This document shows positions 40,436 to 54,586 of a DNA stretch of 64,000 bases, in pieces. The DNA is taken from NCBI RefSeq assembly GCF_009914755.1, contig NC_060928.1. One strand, written 5' to 3'. The notes beneath the pieces are model-generated. The model saw nothing but the letters and a program-made list of their open reading frames with translations, was not told the origin of the DNA and did no database searches. Origin of the DNA: the human T2T-CHM13v2.0 reference genome, Homo sapiens. Made by a program: the position numbers and the translations under genes. The first letter of the stretch is position 1, and every line of letters starts with the position of its first letter.

Positions 40436-42820
40436 TGCATTAGTCTGTTCTCACATTGCTATAAAGAACTACCCGAGACTGGGTAATTTATGATGAAAGA
40501 GGTTTAATTGACTCACAGTTCTGCAGGCTGTACAGAAAGCATGACTGGGAGGCCTCAGGAAACTTACAATCATGGCAGAAGGTGAAGGGGAAGTGAGCAT
40601 GTCTTCAGGCCAGAGCAGGAGAAAGAGAGTAAAAGGGGAAGTGCTACACAACTTTATACAACCAGATCTTGTGAGAACTCATTCACTATCACTAGAACAG
40701 TAAGGGGGAAATCTGCCTTCATGATCCAATCACCTCCCACCAGGCCCTACCTTCAACACTGGGGGATAACAATTCATCATGTGATTTGCGTGGGAACACA
40801 GAACCAAATCATATTATTCTGCCCTTGGCCCCTCCCAAATTCCATGTCCTTCTCTTATTTCAAAACACAATCATGCCTTTCCAGCAGTTCCCCAGAGTCC
40901 TAACTCATTCCATCATTAAGTCAAAAGTCCATATCCAAAGTCTCATCTGACATACAGCAAGTCCCTTCTGCCTATGAGCCTGTAAAACAAAAAACAAGCT
41001 AGTTACTTCCAAGATACAATGGGGGTACTGGCATTGGTTAAATGCTCCCATTCCAAAATAAAGGAATTGGCCAAAACCAAGGGTCTACAGGCCCCACCCA
41101 AGTCCAAAACCCAGCAGTGCCACCATTAAATCTTAAAGCTTCAAACTAACCTCCTCTGACTCTATGTCTCACATCCAGGCCACTCTGACACAAAGGATGG
41201 ACTACCAAGGCCTTGGGCAGCTCTGCCTCTGTGGCTCTGGAAGGCACAGCCCATGCAGCTATTTTCATGGACTGGCATAGAGTGCCTGCAACAGTTCCAG
41301 GCACATGGTACAAGCTGTTGGTGGATCTATCATTCTGGGATCTAGAATATGGTGGCCCTCTTCTCACAGCTTCACTAATCAGTGCCCCAGTGGGAACTCT
41401 ATGTGGGGGCTCGAACCCCACATTTCCCCTCTGCACTTCCCTAGTAGAGTTTCTCCGTGAGGGCTCTACCCCTGTAGCAAACTTCTGCCTGGACATCCAG
41501 GTGTTTCCATAATCCTCTGAAATGTAGGTGGAGGCTCCCACTCCTCAACTCTTGTCTTCTGTGCACCCACAGGCCCAATACCACGTGGAAGCCACCAAGG
41601 CTTGGGGCTTACACCCTTTCAAGCAATGGTTGGAGCTGCACCTTGGTCCCTTTTAGCCATGGCTGGAGCTGGAGAGTCTGGGATGCCAGGCACCATGTCT
41701 CAAGGCAGCACAGAGCAGCAGGGCCCTAAGCCTGGCCCATGAAACCATTTTTCCCTCCTAGGCCTCCAGGCCTGTGATGGGAGGGGCTGCCATGAAGGTC
41801 TCTGAAATGCCCTGGGGGCATTTTCCCCATTGTCTTGGCTTTTAACATTTGACTCCTCTTTTCTTATGCAAATTTCTGTAGTTGACTTGAATTTCTCCTG
41901 AGAAAATAGCTTTTTATTTTCTATCACATGGCCAGGCTGCAAATTTTCCAAGCTTTTATGCTCTACTTCCCCTTTAAATATAAGTTCCAAATTCAGGTCA
42001 TTTCTTTGTTTCTGCAAATGAGCATAGGCTTTTAGAAGCAGCCAGGCCAAATCTTACATGCTTTTGCTCCTTTGAGATTTGTTCCAGCAGATACCCTAAA
42101 TCATTTCTCTCAATTTCAAAGTTCCACAGATCTCTAGAGTGAGGCACAATGCCACCAGTCTCTTTGCTAAAGCATAACAAGAATGACCTTTACTCCAGTT
42201 CCCAATAAGTTCCTCATCTCCATCTGAGACCACCTCAGCCTGGACTTCATTATCCATGTAACTATCAGAATTTTGGTCACAACCATTCAACAGGTCTCTA
42301 GAATGCTTCAATCTTCTCAATTTCCTGCCTTCTTCTGAGCCTTAAAAACTGTCCTAACTTCTGCCCATTACCCAGTTCCAAAGCTGCTTCCACATTTTTA
42401 GGTATCTTTATAGCAAGACCCAACTCCTGATTTCAATTTTCTGTATTAGTCCATTTTCACACTGCTATAAAGAACTACCTTAGACTGGGTAATTTATGAA
42501 GAAAAGAGGTTTAATTGACTCACAGTTACACAGGCTGTACAGGAAAGCTGTCTGAGAGGCCTCAGGAAACTTACAATCATGGCCAAAGGTAAAGGGGAAG
42601 TAAGCACATCCTCACATCAGAGCAGGAAAGAAAGTGTAGGAGGAAGTAGTACACATTTTTAAACAACCAGACCTTGTGAAAACTCACTCACTATCACAAG
42701 AACAGCAAAGGAGAAGTCTGCCCCCATGATCCAATCACTTCCTACCAGGCCTCACCTTCAACATTGCAGATTACAATTCAACAGGAGAGTTGAGTGGGGA
42801 CAGACAGCCAAACCATATCA
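40436..42820 (-). mobile_element. Full-length MSTA-like MaLR element: LTR 40436-40816, internal 40817-42441, LTR 42442-42820
   Basis: Two LTRs in the same orientation; ~1.6-kb MST-int (ORF remnants ...DNEVQAEVVSDGDEELIGNWSKGHSCYALAKRL); perfect TSD ACCAC at 40431-40435 and 42821-42825. Confidence 0.95.
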
Positions 42821-43023
42821 ACCACAGAAATATTTTCCGAACCACTTGGATTTTAGATTTCAGTAAAACTTACCTGAATTATTTGTACTCATTAATTAAC
42901 AGTGAAAGTTTAGTTAAATTATGTGATAAAGGGACCCTATAAAATAAAATAAAACACTTTTGGCACCTGGGAATGTAGACACAATGCATATTTATTTTAT
43001 TTTATATGTTATTATTAAAGAGT

Positions 43024-43379
43024 TGATATGGTTTGGCTGTGTCCTCACCCAAATATCACCTTGAATTGTAATGATCCCCACATGTCAAGGATGGGACCAC
43101 ATGGAGATAGTTGAATCATGGTAGCAGTTTCCCCCCTACTGTTCTCATGGTAGTGAATAGGTCTCATGAGATCTGAGGGATTTATAAGTGGGAGTTCCCC
43201 TGCAAAAGCTCTCTTGCCTGCCGCCATGTAAGATGTGACTTTGCTCCTCATTTGCCTTCTGACGTGATTGTGAGGCCTCCTCAGCCATGTGGAGATGTCA
43301 GTCAATTAAACCTCTTTCCTTTATAAATTACCCAGTCTCAGTTTTATCTTTATTAGCAGAATGAGAACAGATTAATACT
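43024..43379 (+). mobile_element. THE1-family solo LTR
   Basis: tgatatggtttggctgtgtcctcacccaaat...ttattagcagaatgagaacagattaatac. Confidence 0.92.
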
Positions 43380-43399
43380 CTTGTATTAGTATAATATCA

Positions 43400-44520
43400 C
43401 ATAGAACTCTAATTTATCTTCCACACAAAAAGAGTAGTTAAAATATCTGTGAAAAATAATACACTGAAATGTAAAGGAAAAATATTTTGATATTTTGAAC
43501 ATATTGATCTTATATCCAGCAATGCTGCTAAGCAATTTTTTAAAAATCATCTTTTCTACAAATAATGACAACTCTAATTTCTGATGCTGTGTGTTAATTT
43601 TCTTTTACAATTTACTAAGTAGAATTCACAATAAAATGTTAAACAGAAATAACACAGGTACATTTTTCCCATTTCTGAGTTCAAGGGAAATGCTGTTAAA
43701 ATATTATCATTAAGTATGAGTTTCCCATATTATTTAGTTTTATGGGTGTGTTAGTCATGTTGGGATCCCATGACTGGGTGGCTTTAAACAGCATGTATTT
43801 GTCACAGTTTTGGAGAACGAAAACTCCAAGATCAAGGTGCTAGCAGATCAAGGTGCCACCAGTGTCTGGTGAGGACCCTCTTCCTGGTTGACAGATGGCT
43901 ATGTTCTTGTTGTGTCTTCACATGGCAGTGTCTAAGTCATCTCTCTTGTGTCTCTTCTCATTAGGGCACTAATCCCATTTATGAGGACTCTACCCTCATG
44001 ATCTAATTACCTGCCATGAACCTCAACTTTAAATATTTCTTATGTAAAATTGTTAGTGATTCCTTTGTATTTTTTTACTCCTTGCTAGAGTTATAATCAT
44101 GTCCTCCTTTTAATTCCCAATGTTATTTATATTTGGCTTCTCTCTTTTGTTGTTAAATTTTTTTCCCAGATATTTGCTACTTTTATTAGTCATTTTGCTT
44201 TATTGCTCCTCCTTTATTTTTCCTTTCATTAACTTTTGCTCTTAAGAGTATGAGTTTTCCTCTGCTGTATTCTTTGGGTTTATTCTTCTGTTTTATTCTA
44301 ACTTCTTATTTTGAGTTTCTACTTCATTAATTTTTTGCCTTTACTTTTTTCTAATGTAATTCTTCAAGTGTATTTTACTTCCCTCTAAGTACTGCTTTTA
44401 CTCCACGTACAGGTTGATAAGCAGTAATTTCATTATCCAGAGCTAAGAATTTTATAATTGCAGAAATGTTATTTATTCAGAAATACATTTAATTTTTTCT
44501 CTTACTTATCTTTTATGGTT
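43400..44520 (-). mobile_element. Degenerate old L1 (L1M) fragments
   Basis: T-rich strand with L1 ORF2 antisense motifs (attgatcttatatccagcaatgctgctaa, ccctctaagtactgctttt). Confidence 0.55.
43747..44030 (-). mobile_element. MLT1A-like LTR
   Basis: tccaagatcaaggtgctagcag...gtgtctggtgaggaccctcttcctgg...gggcactaatcccatttatgagg. Confidence 0.82.
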
Positions 44521-45038
44521 ATTGATGCTTAGGAGGTAGTAGAAAAATGGGATGGAGATTACAGAGATAGATTAATATTGAAAGGAAAAAATTGAGACTA
44601 ATACTCACTTAGCTGATACTTCAAGTCATGGTGCTTCAAGTCACCAATCACTGTGGCAAATGTGGAGTGAGAAGAGAGCCAAGAATGTCTCTTACAGAGT
44701 CTTAGGAAATTTTCTATTTGTCTCTTTCTATTTTTTTTCCAACTAACAGTAATTTCTCTTATTACCCCTCAAAACATTAAGATAACCCTTTAGCTGAGCT
44801 AAGTGAGGGCTTGTCTTCCCCTTGCGGAAGCAACATCCAAATGCTGTAAAAGCTAACTTATCTGGAAATAGAAATAAAAACTCTTCATTATCTTTTCAGT
44901 TTTCCAATTTAAAATATCCCTGTTGCAAAACAATCAAGGAGACCAATTGCTCTGGAGAAGTAGTGGCTCAGCTTTTAGGTACTTTACTTTCTATAACAAG
45001 TATCCTTCCCAATCAGTGCAGGTTTCACTTCCAAATTA

Positions 45039-45378
45039 CAGTAGTCTCCCCTTATCTGAGGTTTTGCTTTTCACGGTTTAAGTTATCTGTGGTCAGTTGC
45101 AGTCTGAAAATATTAAATGTAAAGTTCCACAAATAAATATTTAATAAGTTTTAAATTGCATGCAGTTTTGGGAAGCATGATAAATTCTTGTGCTGTCTGG
45201 CTTCGTTCAGCCTGGGACATGAATCATCCCTTTGTCCAGCTTATTCATAACTTATAGGCTAACCTGCTGTTATTATACAGGAAAAACCATAGTGTGTGTA
45301 GCGTTCAGTATTATCCTTGGTTTCAGACATCCACTGGGGGTCTTGAAATGTATCCTTCAAGATAAGGGGGAACTACTG
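45039..45378 (+). mobile_element. MER44A (Tigger7 family)
   Basis: TA|cagtagtctccccttatc...catccactgggggtcttg...gataagggggaactactg|TA. Confidence 0.92.
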
Positions 45379-45589
45379 TACATGATTCATAGAATGTTGG
45401 AAATGGAAAGTATCTTAGAAGGTATCCAGTCTAACTTCCTTATTTTATATTTAGGACAATGGCATACAGAGGAGTTGAATAACTCAATTTTTTATTGCTA
45501 TTTCTTTAATATCCTTGTCAGATATATTTTCCTCATGTGTTACATCCCACTATGGACACTTTAGTTTTCTTTAATTTTTCATTTTATTA

Positions 45590-46095
45590 CTTAACATGCA
45601 AATCTGACCGTCCCATTGTAATTCTAGACCCACCCTTGCTCATGTAAGAAACCCCTAAGGTATCTGCAAGGGCTTAAAAGATCTGGCTCCACATCATCTT
45701 TTAGCCTCATCTTGTTTCAAGCTTCTACTGGCTTGCTGCTCTGCCACAGTGACGTTTTCCTTCCTGACGCTTGCCTGCTTCAAGACATTTGACCTTACCC
45801 TCTTTACCTTTCTAGTTAATTCCTATTTATTTTTCAGATCTAGAAACTTTTGAATAAAATCTTCCTTAACCTCCCTGACTCTGTCAAGGGCTTTTTACAA
45901 ATTTGCATAAAATAATAAACATAGAATCTCCATAAGATGTGTTTTGAGCGTTGATTTTGCACATTTAAAAAGATGTCAATTGATAAATACAGTGCCCCAC
46001 CCACTAGGCTTGTAAGCTCCATCAACACAGGATAACATATCTTTATCACAAGCTGCATGTAACACAACATCTGACACAAGATATTTGTTCACTAA
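45590..46095 (+). mobile_element. L2 3' portion
   Basis: catgcaaatctgacc..., ccactaggcttgtaagctccat..., atctgacacaagatatttgtt. Confidence 0.65.
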
Positions 46096-46861
46096 AGAGT
46101 ACTGCTAGGCTACACTTGAAACTAAGTAGGCCAACTACAAGACCTGTATCTCTCAATAGAGACTCTTTGCAATATATGAATACTTCTAAAACAAAGCTGT
46201 TTTCATCACCATCAAAATTAGGCTGATACATATACATATCACAATGAACTTCAGCAATTTGATGTCAATATAAATGAATGATAATAAGACATTAGATTCT
46301 CATTAGCTTATTGAAAACTTCCTAATTTCTAAAAATGTACTATATTGGTTTATTTGACATGCTTTTCTTGTGTTGAAATCATTTCGAATGCTCATTAAAA
46401 ACTAATTTCAAATTATAATTAATCTTATTTTCAGATTCAATGTTGTTATTTTAGAAATAATATAATTATTTATAGCATAATTGAAAAATTCTTAAAACAA
46501 AATCATGTTTTCTTTGGTAATCAAAATATAATTTTCTTCTTTTAATCTGGAAAGCATTGCTTACATTGATAATATTATCCCTCTCATTGTCAACATTACT
46601 GGAGTGCTTACAAACCCTGTGGGAAAATAGATCAAAGTGGAGAAATTTTAGATATAAATAATAAATTAACTTAAGTCCCTTAGGACTAGGATAAATATAA
46701 TAATAAATACACTGGAATAATGGAAAATTGTCATTACCATCTAACAATGCTATAATTATCTAGGTACCAGAGTTTCTAGTTCTTTTTATTTTTTATATAC
46801 AATAGATACATATAATAAATTCCATAACTTTCAGATAAAAAAAAAGGGCCATTTAACTTAC

Positions 46862-46887
46862 CTCAGTTGTAAGGATTTATTACAGCG
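46862..46887 (-). other. Candidate 26-nt micro-exon
   Basis: Minus strand: ttcttaccttttatttcctacctccttttgtAG|CGCTGTAATAAATCCTTACAACTGAG|GTAAGT; near-consensus acceptor and donor in non-repeat DNA. Confidence 0.55.
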
Positions 46888-48792
46888 CTACAAAAGGAGG
46901 TAGGAAATAAAAGGTAAGAATATTAACAGTTGTAACATCCATCAAGATCATTAGTAGCTCTAATAGGCAAACTACAGGTCTGTGGAACGTAAGGAGCTTT
47001 GTATACTGCTAATTCAGTTTATAGTAACATCACCTTTTTTTCTGCTGCTAAATATCCAAGTGAAATCTGAACCTACTTTTTATATAAAAAGGCCTTGTCA
47101 TTTTCCCTGTAAAGTTTTAAATAGCTTTATTTCTTCAGGGAGACATTCTGCCCCATTAAAAATGGCCACATAAGTAACATTATTTCTATTATGTATAAAA
47201 GTTTATTAAATTCACTGTCTCACATGCAACTTCAGTTTCAAAATTACTTGAGATGAACAAACTTAACTCTCATGGGAGAATGTTTCTCCTTGTTCTTGTG
47301 TTAGATTTTTATGCTTATGAGCATCTAAACATCCATTCTTGTCACAAAGGCAATCTTCGCGAAACATCTGCAGAAACATTTGGAATGCTATTGTTATGAG
47401 AGGAATTGTCCAAGTGTGCATGTTTTTATAACATACCATTATGGTTGGATTGATAGTCCTGAAAAAAAAGAATTCTGAATACAGTATAATGCACCATCTT
47501 AATCATCTACCACTGTGTATCAGACAAAATGACTTGTTTATCATAGAATTCTTCAAAACTGAAATGTAAGTTGCTTCTAGATTTGCAAGTGTTATGTCAC
47601 CTGAAACATTATTCATTTGCAGTCAACTTATTTGCTGAGAAAAGCATTGTAAACTCTGGCAAGGACTCTAGCTATCTGTAAAACACTCTTACATTTGTAC
47701 TTTTAAGGCAAGAATCATGTTGCCCATCATATTCATTTGCTATCCCTTCCTCTCTCCATTATATAGGGCTAAAACATAATGACAGATTTTCATTTTATGA
47801 TTTATCTGCATATTGGGTTGCACCTCCTACTTCTGTGGACCATGGCTTTCAGATATGGAAGCAGAATAAAGTAGAACACCTCTTCTGGCTGTAATATACA
47901 ATCACAAATCAATAATATTAATAGTGGGACCATGTAAACAATACATAAATATAACTGTTTTCATAATTAAAAAATACAGTCTGTATTTGTATAATCCTGT
48001 TAAATGTATTTATAGTTTTTAAAAAACCGATTAAAGTTAGTACTAAGTAGGAGCTGAAATCTGATAACATGAGGTAGAAGGACATACAAATAGCAAAAGA
48101 GCAAGACAATTACTTTTTTGGATTGACTTATGTCTGAGTGACATAAGTCAGTGTAATTCTTACATTCAAAACAGATTAACAGTCTCTCAGTTTTTCAAAT
48201 AATTTTTTCTTACAATAGAAGCAAAAGTTACTGAGAAGTTATTAATGTGTTTTGGAAAATGGACATCATCTATGTATTTTACCAAAAAGCAGCTAAAGAG
48301 TTAAATTGAACAATTTAAACACTTTAAAAAGTTATACTAAAAAATTCAGTGTTATTTCAAAACATACAAATGTTTACATAAATGGTGTAATGTATTGTTA
48401 TTCCATGAGATTCTTGAGATCCTAATTATGTGATAATAGCGACAAAATCACAAGTTTTCTTTGTTATACAGCCAATCTGTTTTACCTCTCTACTTATTTC
48501 TTATCTAACCAAAACTCTCTTGCTCATGCCTTCTTCAAAACCAGTGTTTTATTCAGCATCATGCACTTCTCTCAACCTCGTATGCTTCTTGAGGTATGTG
48601 TGTCTGGATCTCATTTTATATCCCTAACATTTTACCTAGGTGTTCCCTAATTCATTAAAAAGTTCATTAAAATATTCAGTAAATATCTACTCTGTATTTA
48701 CTATGTGTCAATGTTTGACACAATTTGCAGCGACAGGTGAAAAGACATGAGAAAAGCAGTTGCTACCATTGTAATAAGGTAGAGAAAAGAAA

Positions 48793-48844
48793 ACACACAC
48801 TCACACACACACATTCACTCACACACACAGACACACCCACACAC
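48793..48844. repeat. Imperfect (CA)n
   Basis: Direct observation. Confidence 0.9.
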
Positions 48845-49637
48845 CCTAGAAAATCTATAAAACATGGTGGTAGAGAACACTTTTTCCTGATCAGAGAAAT
48901 CTAAATATGTATGCATCACTTAGCACATTTTGCAAAGGGCTGTATTTGTGCATTGTTTTCCACATTTAAGTGAGTAAGTGTCATCACCTATGATGTCTTT
49001 TCTCATGGGTGTGGACGTCTAGTTGAGTGGGACAGTTTCCCTTTCCAATTGTATGTCTATCTGTGTTGGCCATTCTATATTAAAGCCATATCTGCTATGT
49101 GCTTCCTAAATCTGTAAAGCTCACTTGGTGAGGAAGATACATTTATTCAGGTCAGTAAAAACTAACATGGGCTGGGATTTAAGAATGAAAAAAAAAAATC
49201 TTCAGTGTTTGTGTGTTGAATTCTGCCTGAAGGTTTTCTTACTGAAATGAAATAAAGCTTTTAAATGTTTTTTTTAATTAAAAGACTACTGTTATTCTGA
49301 GTAAAATTAATATCTATTCTTTGTAATATTGCAGAAATGAGAATAGGCATTTCTGAGTGGGGATTTTTCAGCCTGGAGCCTGGATTCTCCAGGCTCTTTA
49401 TAGATTGTTCGTGTTGTCAGCCAATGGTAAACCAGCATCTCAAGTAAGGGAGGAAAAGGTTAGCTAAAGCTGGAAAGGAGCCACAGCATGAAACTGAGGG
49501 CAAAATGTATTTTCTGTTTCCTACCCCAATCCCCAGTGAACTTGCCCACGCTATCACAGACTAAGCAGGATGGAGAAAGGCATACCTCCTACCCTGTCCC
49601 CACATCCAGACCTACTTTCTAACTCCCTAAAGCTTAC

Positions 49638-49671
49638 CTGTTCCAGGAAGAGAAAACAGCGGGAAGGGTGG
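49638..49671 (-). other. Candidate 34-nt micro-exon (or AG|GT recursive splice site)
   Basis: Minus strand: ctttctggtcctctctcctttccttcacAG|CCACCCTTCCCGCTGTTTTCTCTTCCTGGAACAG|GTAAGC. Confidence 0.45.
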
Positions 49672-52600
49672 CTGTGAAGGAAAGGAGAGAGGACCAGAAA
49701 GACTGAGCAGGGTTTTACTGAGCTTTTTCTCAATGACATGAATTAAGTACTTCACTCATTTTACTTATTTTATTAGGAGAAATAAGGCAATGTTGGAGAA
49801 AGAGACTGTTTTTCTCACGGGGAGTGCAGAGGAAATTCTTTCCCTTTTCTGGACATAGAAGGGGTATTATAATAATATCCAGAACATGAATACGGAGAGA
49901 AAACAGAGACTTCTTTCAGTGGAGCTGATACCATGTTTTATAGGAAAAGTCAGGGAAATATTTCAGGTGAAGAAGATACAGCATTGGGGCAGTCAGATCA
50001 GTGTGTTATTGTGGAAAATGGTGGCCATTTCTTTAGCAGCATCATGAAAAGACAAATCATGTTGACTAGGATTTTTTTTAGAGTTAGAGACAAAAAAAAT
50101 TGTTTATGTGTGCTCATCACTGTCAGTGTGGAAGAGTAATTTGAGTTTTGTATACATTTACGTTTTAACAACATGCCTTACATAAAGAATCACAAAACCA
50201 TTTTTGGCCATAATTTACTCTTCATTTGCTGCACTTTATTTTTCTGCTTCTCTTATCATAGCTTTGATCATGAATTGTAAAGGGCAAATTCAGCAAAGCC
50301 TTACTTTTATATAACTGCTGAGAAGAAAGGAGGAGGGTATATGTACATAGTAAGAGGAAAAGTTATTTAAAATTCAATTGTAATGATATCTGTGTCTATG
50401 CACATTCGTTAACTGTTGTTGATAAGAGAATCTCCATCTCATCAAGCTACATTTCCATACATACTGCCCAGCATAGTTATATATCTGTGTTGTTTCTATG
50501 CACCTTGCATACATAATTACATTTACTCTACTTTGATTCAGAGTATATTTGAAAATTAGAATCCATTTTTAATTATTGTCAGAATTTTATGAGCTTCAAG
50601 TATTTAATATTCTATAAAGCTATAAATCCTACAGAACTGGTCAATAAAGTCCCTTGTCTTTAAGACTTAATTATTAATTCACAAGAAGGTATAAGCCTAG
50701 TATTTGCTACGCTATGCCTTTCCCTTAATACATTGCTATACTTGGAGGAATAATGCATGCAAAACACATCTTTGATAAAATGTTCCTTCTATACAGTGAA
50801 GATTTCAAACTTCCACTTTAGGAAATGTAGAAAAACTAACTTTTCAGAACAAAATACATAAAGGGCTCAATGCCTAAAATGATTGAAATTGTCATATATA
50901 CAAAAATAAAACAGTGTTTCAGTAGTAATTGGATAATAAATATGTATTGATATTTATTCTAATTAGAGTTTATTCTAATAGACTTAAGAACTCTCTTTAA
51001 TTATATTTTAACAAAAACATTACTTTTATCTGATTAAAATTATCTGCCTATAAAATTATAGAAACATAATGTTAAACTTTACTGACCTCCACATTTATGC
51101 CCTCAGGGAAAATAACTGTTAATTTGTTAATGGTTAGGTAATATGGTACTTTGTGTTGATTTGATTATGAAGTGATATGTATAAATACATCCCCTTATAA
51201 TATGTGAATGCATCTTTTTGTTAAAGATGTAAATAAATACAAATGCATATAGAATAAACTAAAATGGAGTCAGTATTAGACCTTTTTCATATAAACGGTT
51301 ACATATTTACATTGATGACAGCTCCTCAAAAGATATAACAGATGTTAGTTTATCCAACAGCTGCTAACTATGCTAAAGTCTGCACATTTTCAGAAAGAGT
51401 CAAGTTTAGATTACTGATGCTATTGTAATGATTTCAGAAAGGGAAGTTAGTCTATCTTGAGAAATTTAGAGACATTTAATGAGTTTATTTGAACTGAATG
51501 CAGGTTAGAATGATAATGCTTACTTATAACGCATGAACATCCACCATAATTTTCTAATATACCATATACATTAGAACCAAGTATTATACAAGAGAACCAT
51601 ATTTTTCTGCGTTGTGGTCAAGTCTTGCCTCATCATCTTCTGATACAATGGCTGTATCAGTGGAATAAATCCTGTTCAGTTAATCTAAATTGGAATACAG
51701 ATTAGAACATCTGGCATTTTAAGAAGTGAGTCTGAATGTGTCACCTGGTTCTTTCCATATTGATATTCCATGCATTAGGCATCTTATAAACTTTGGACTG
51801 CAGCTTCTTTACGTAACCCTTAATGACTGTGACCTGTTTGTCTGCTGAGTCTTTGAACTCATCCTGTTCCTAGTTCCTCTTTTGGAGTATTTCTGGGCCT
51901 GATTCTGGAATCTGAGCTCTAGCCAAGTGAACATGGATAAAACATTCTCTCCTGTTCCCCAAGGCTTTTTCCTCTCAACTGTAGCTATAACACAGACCCT
52001 TTCAAGAACTAGGGATATTCTGTAGACACTCTCTGGGTGAAACTAACATTTTTATATTTATTAATATATCAGGGTTTAATAATAAAAGAATTTGAATTAG
52101 TCATAGTGGGACAATCAGGACACTTTAAAGATCTTATCACGTTTAAGTTTTGTTACTGTTACAATTTTAAATTACATAAGGAGAGAGGTATGTGTGGCAG
52201 TGGAAGTGGGGGAAAACAGTATTTTCAGTGTTTTGGCCCCAGCCTTGTAAGTTCCTGACTATAGCTAATGCCTTTGTCCTTCTCTTCTTATAAAATCCCT
52301 TGAGAATAGCCCTGATCAGATTCAGGATTACTTATCCCTCTTGTATGTGAACACTGACTCTTTAGGTAGATAATCGTATAATCCTGATGAGCTTTTTAAA
52401 TCCCCCTAGATTGTTTGTGCACTTTCTTTCTCTCTGGCCTAGACATTCCAAACAGCCTTGTAGCCATGGCTCTCCTGTCATTACATTATGACAGTTATTA
52501 TAAAAGCTGAGAATATAAAAGTGGTTATTAATTATAAACCTGTAAATATATAGATGAATCCTCTGTAGGAGGCATCATGAGAAGAATATAGCAACATACC

Positions 52601-53968
52601 ATGTAAATCATTCTATTTCAGATTCTTAAGGCACATCACAAAAGTCCAAAGAATTGTCCCTTGGGGCGTGACTTCTGGAGTTAAGGAAACAACTCTGTAA
52701 TTCTTGAAGAATCAAAGATCAAGTGCCATCATCTAATATTTATTAGGTGAGGGCAATGAAAAATGAAAATAATTTAATACATGGGTTACACAAACAAGTT
52801 GACCTGCAAACATTATAATGCATAGATACAACTTAGAAGAAAGCACAGATTTTTAAATCTCTTAAAATAAGATAAACAATATAGTTAACATACTAAAGTG
52901 CACTTAAAATGAAAATTTCCAAGTGACAACATTTTTCAGGTAGGAATTAGAAAACAAATTATGCACATTAAGTAATTTACTTCACATAGATGTGGAACTC
53001 ACTTATATGGCATTTCAGTATCATGTGGGTTAAAATTTAATAGCATATTTCCCAAAATAAAGACTAGAAAACTGGAATCCATAAAATTTCCTGGTGATGC
53101 CCACATGCTGATGTAGTTTTCTCTTTAAATATATATATTTAAAAGCACAGAATTTTTTGTTTTAACACCACGTAGCAGTCTCTTGAAATACAGGCAGTTT
53201 GGCCAAAGATACTGCATTCATTTGAAGACCACTGTTCCTTTACCATTCAATTTATCTTCTGCCTTCCCTATCATATCAAGTAATGAGTTTTAAAACTATC
53301 TTTTTATTCTTCTGACTTTTGGTCCAAAATCATTGATTTACTTGATGCTTATGAATAGTCTAGCATATAGAATTGTGCCTCAATGCTGAAGGAATTTTGG
53401 TATAGGAAACTCCACATTACATCAAGTAAGTATATCTTTGCTTTAAGAAGCCTTGATGTCCTGGGAAGGGAAAACTGAAATGAAAGATAAGACAATTAAG
53501 AATGGAGTCTAAGTGAATTCTTAGCACTTGCCATACTGCCAGACACTAAATGATTGTGTAATAAATATTATATTAAAATAATGAATACATTAATAAAGTT
53601 GAAAGATTCCTATATAGTTCCTCTTTTTATTTTTGATCACTTATGAATCTTTGTTTTTGAATCACTTTTTAAGTGAAAGAAAAAAAACCCTATAGTTACT
53701 TTATCCGAGTTAATATGGGGGGGTAGGGCTGACTTAAGGCTGTTGGATTTAGAAATAAATAGAGCTCTCAGTTTTTGACATCTCTTCATACTTGTAGCTT
53801 TGCTTTTCGCTGTGTTTGACTTCAGTCTCTGCTTTTGAATGGTAACAAGATGGCAGCATCAGTTGCAACATTCTACATCCTCTCAGATTTCAGTACCACT
53901 TTTTTCTTTACCAAAATCTTCCTCAGAATAATACTCATGATGTACTTTTGGTTCTGGTAGGGAAGATA

Positions 53969-54586
<618 letters not shown>

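Noticed and set aside
41146-42320. Cluster of 60-131 aa ORFs
   Set aside because: All lie in the MST internal region and are broken remnants of the MaLR ORF, not a host gene.
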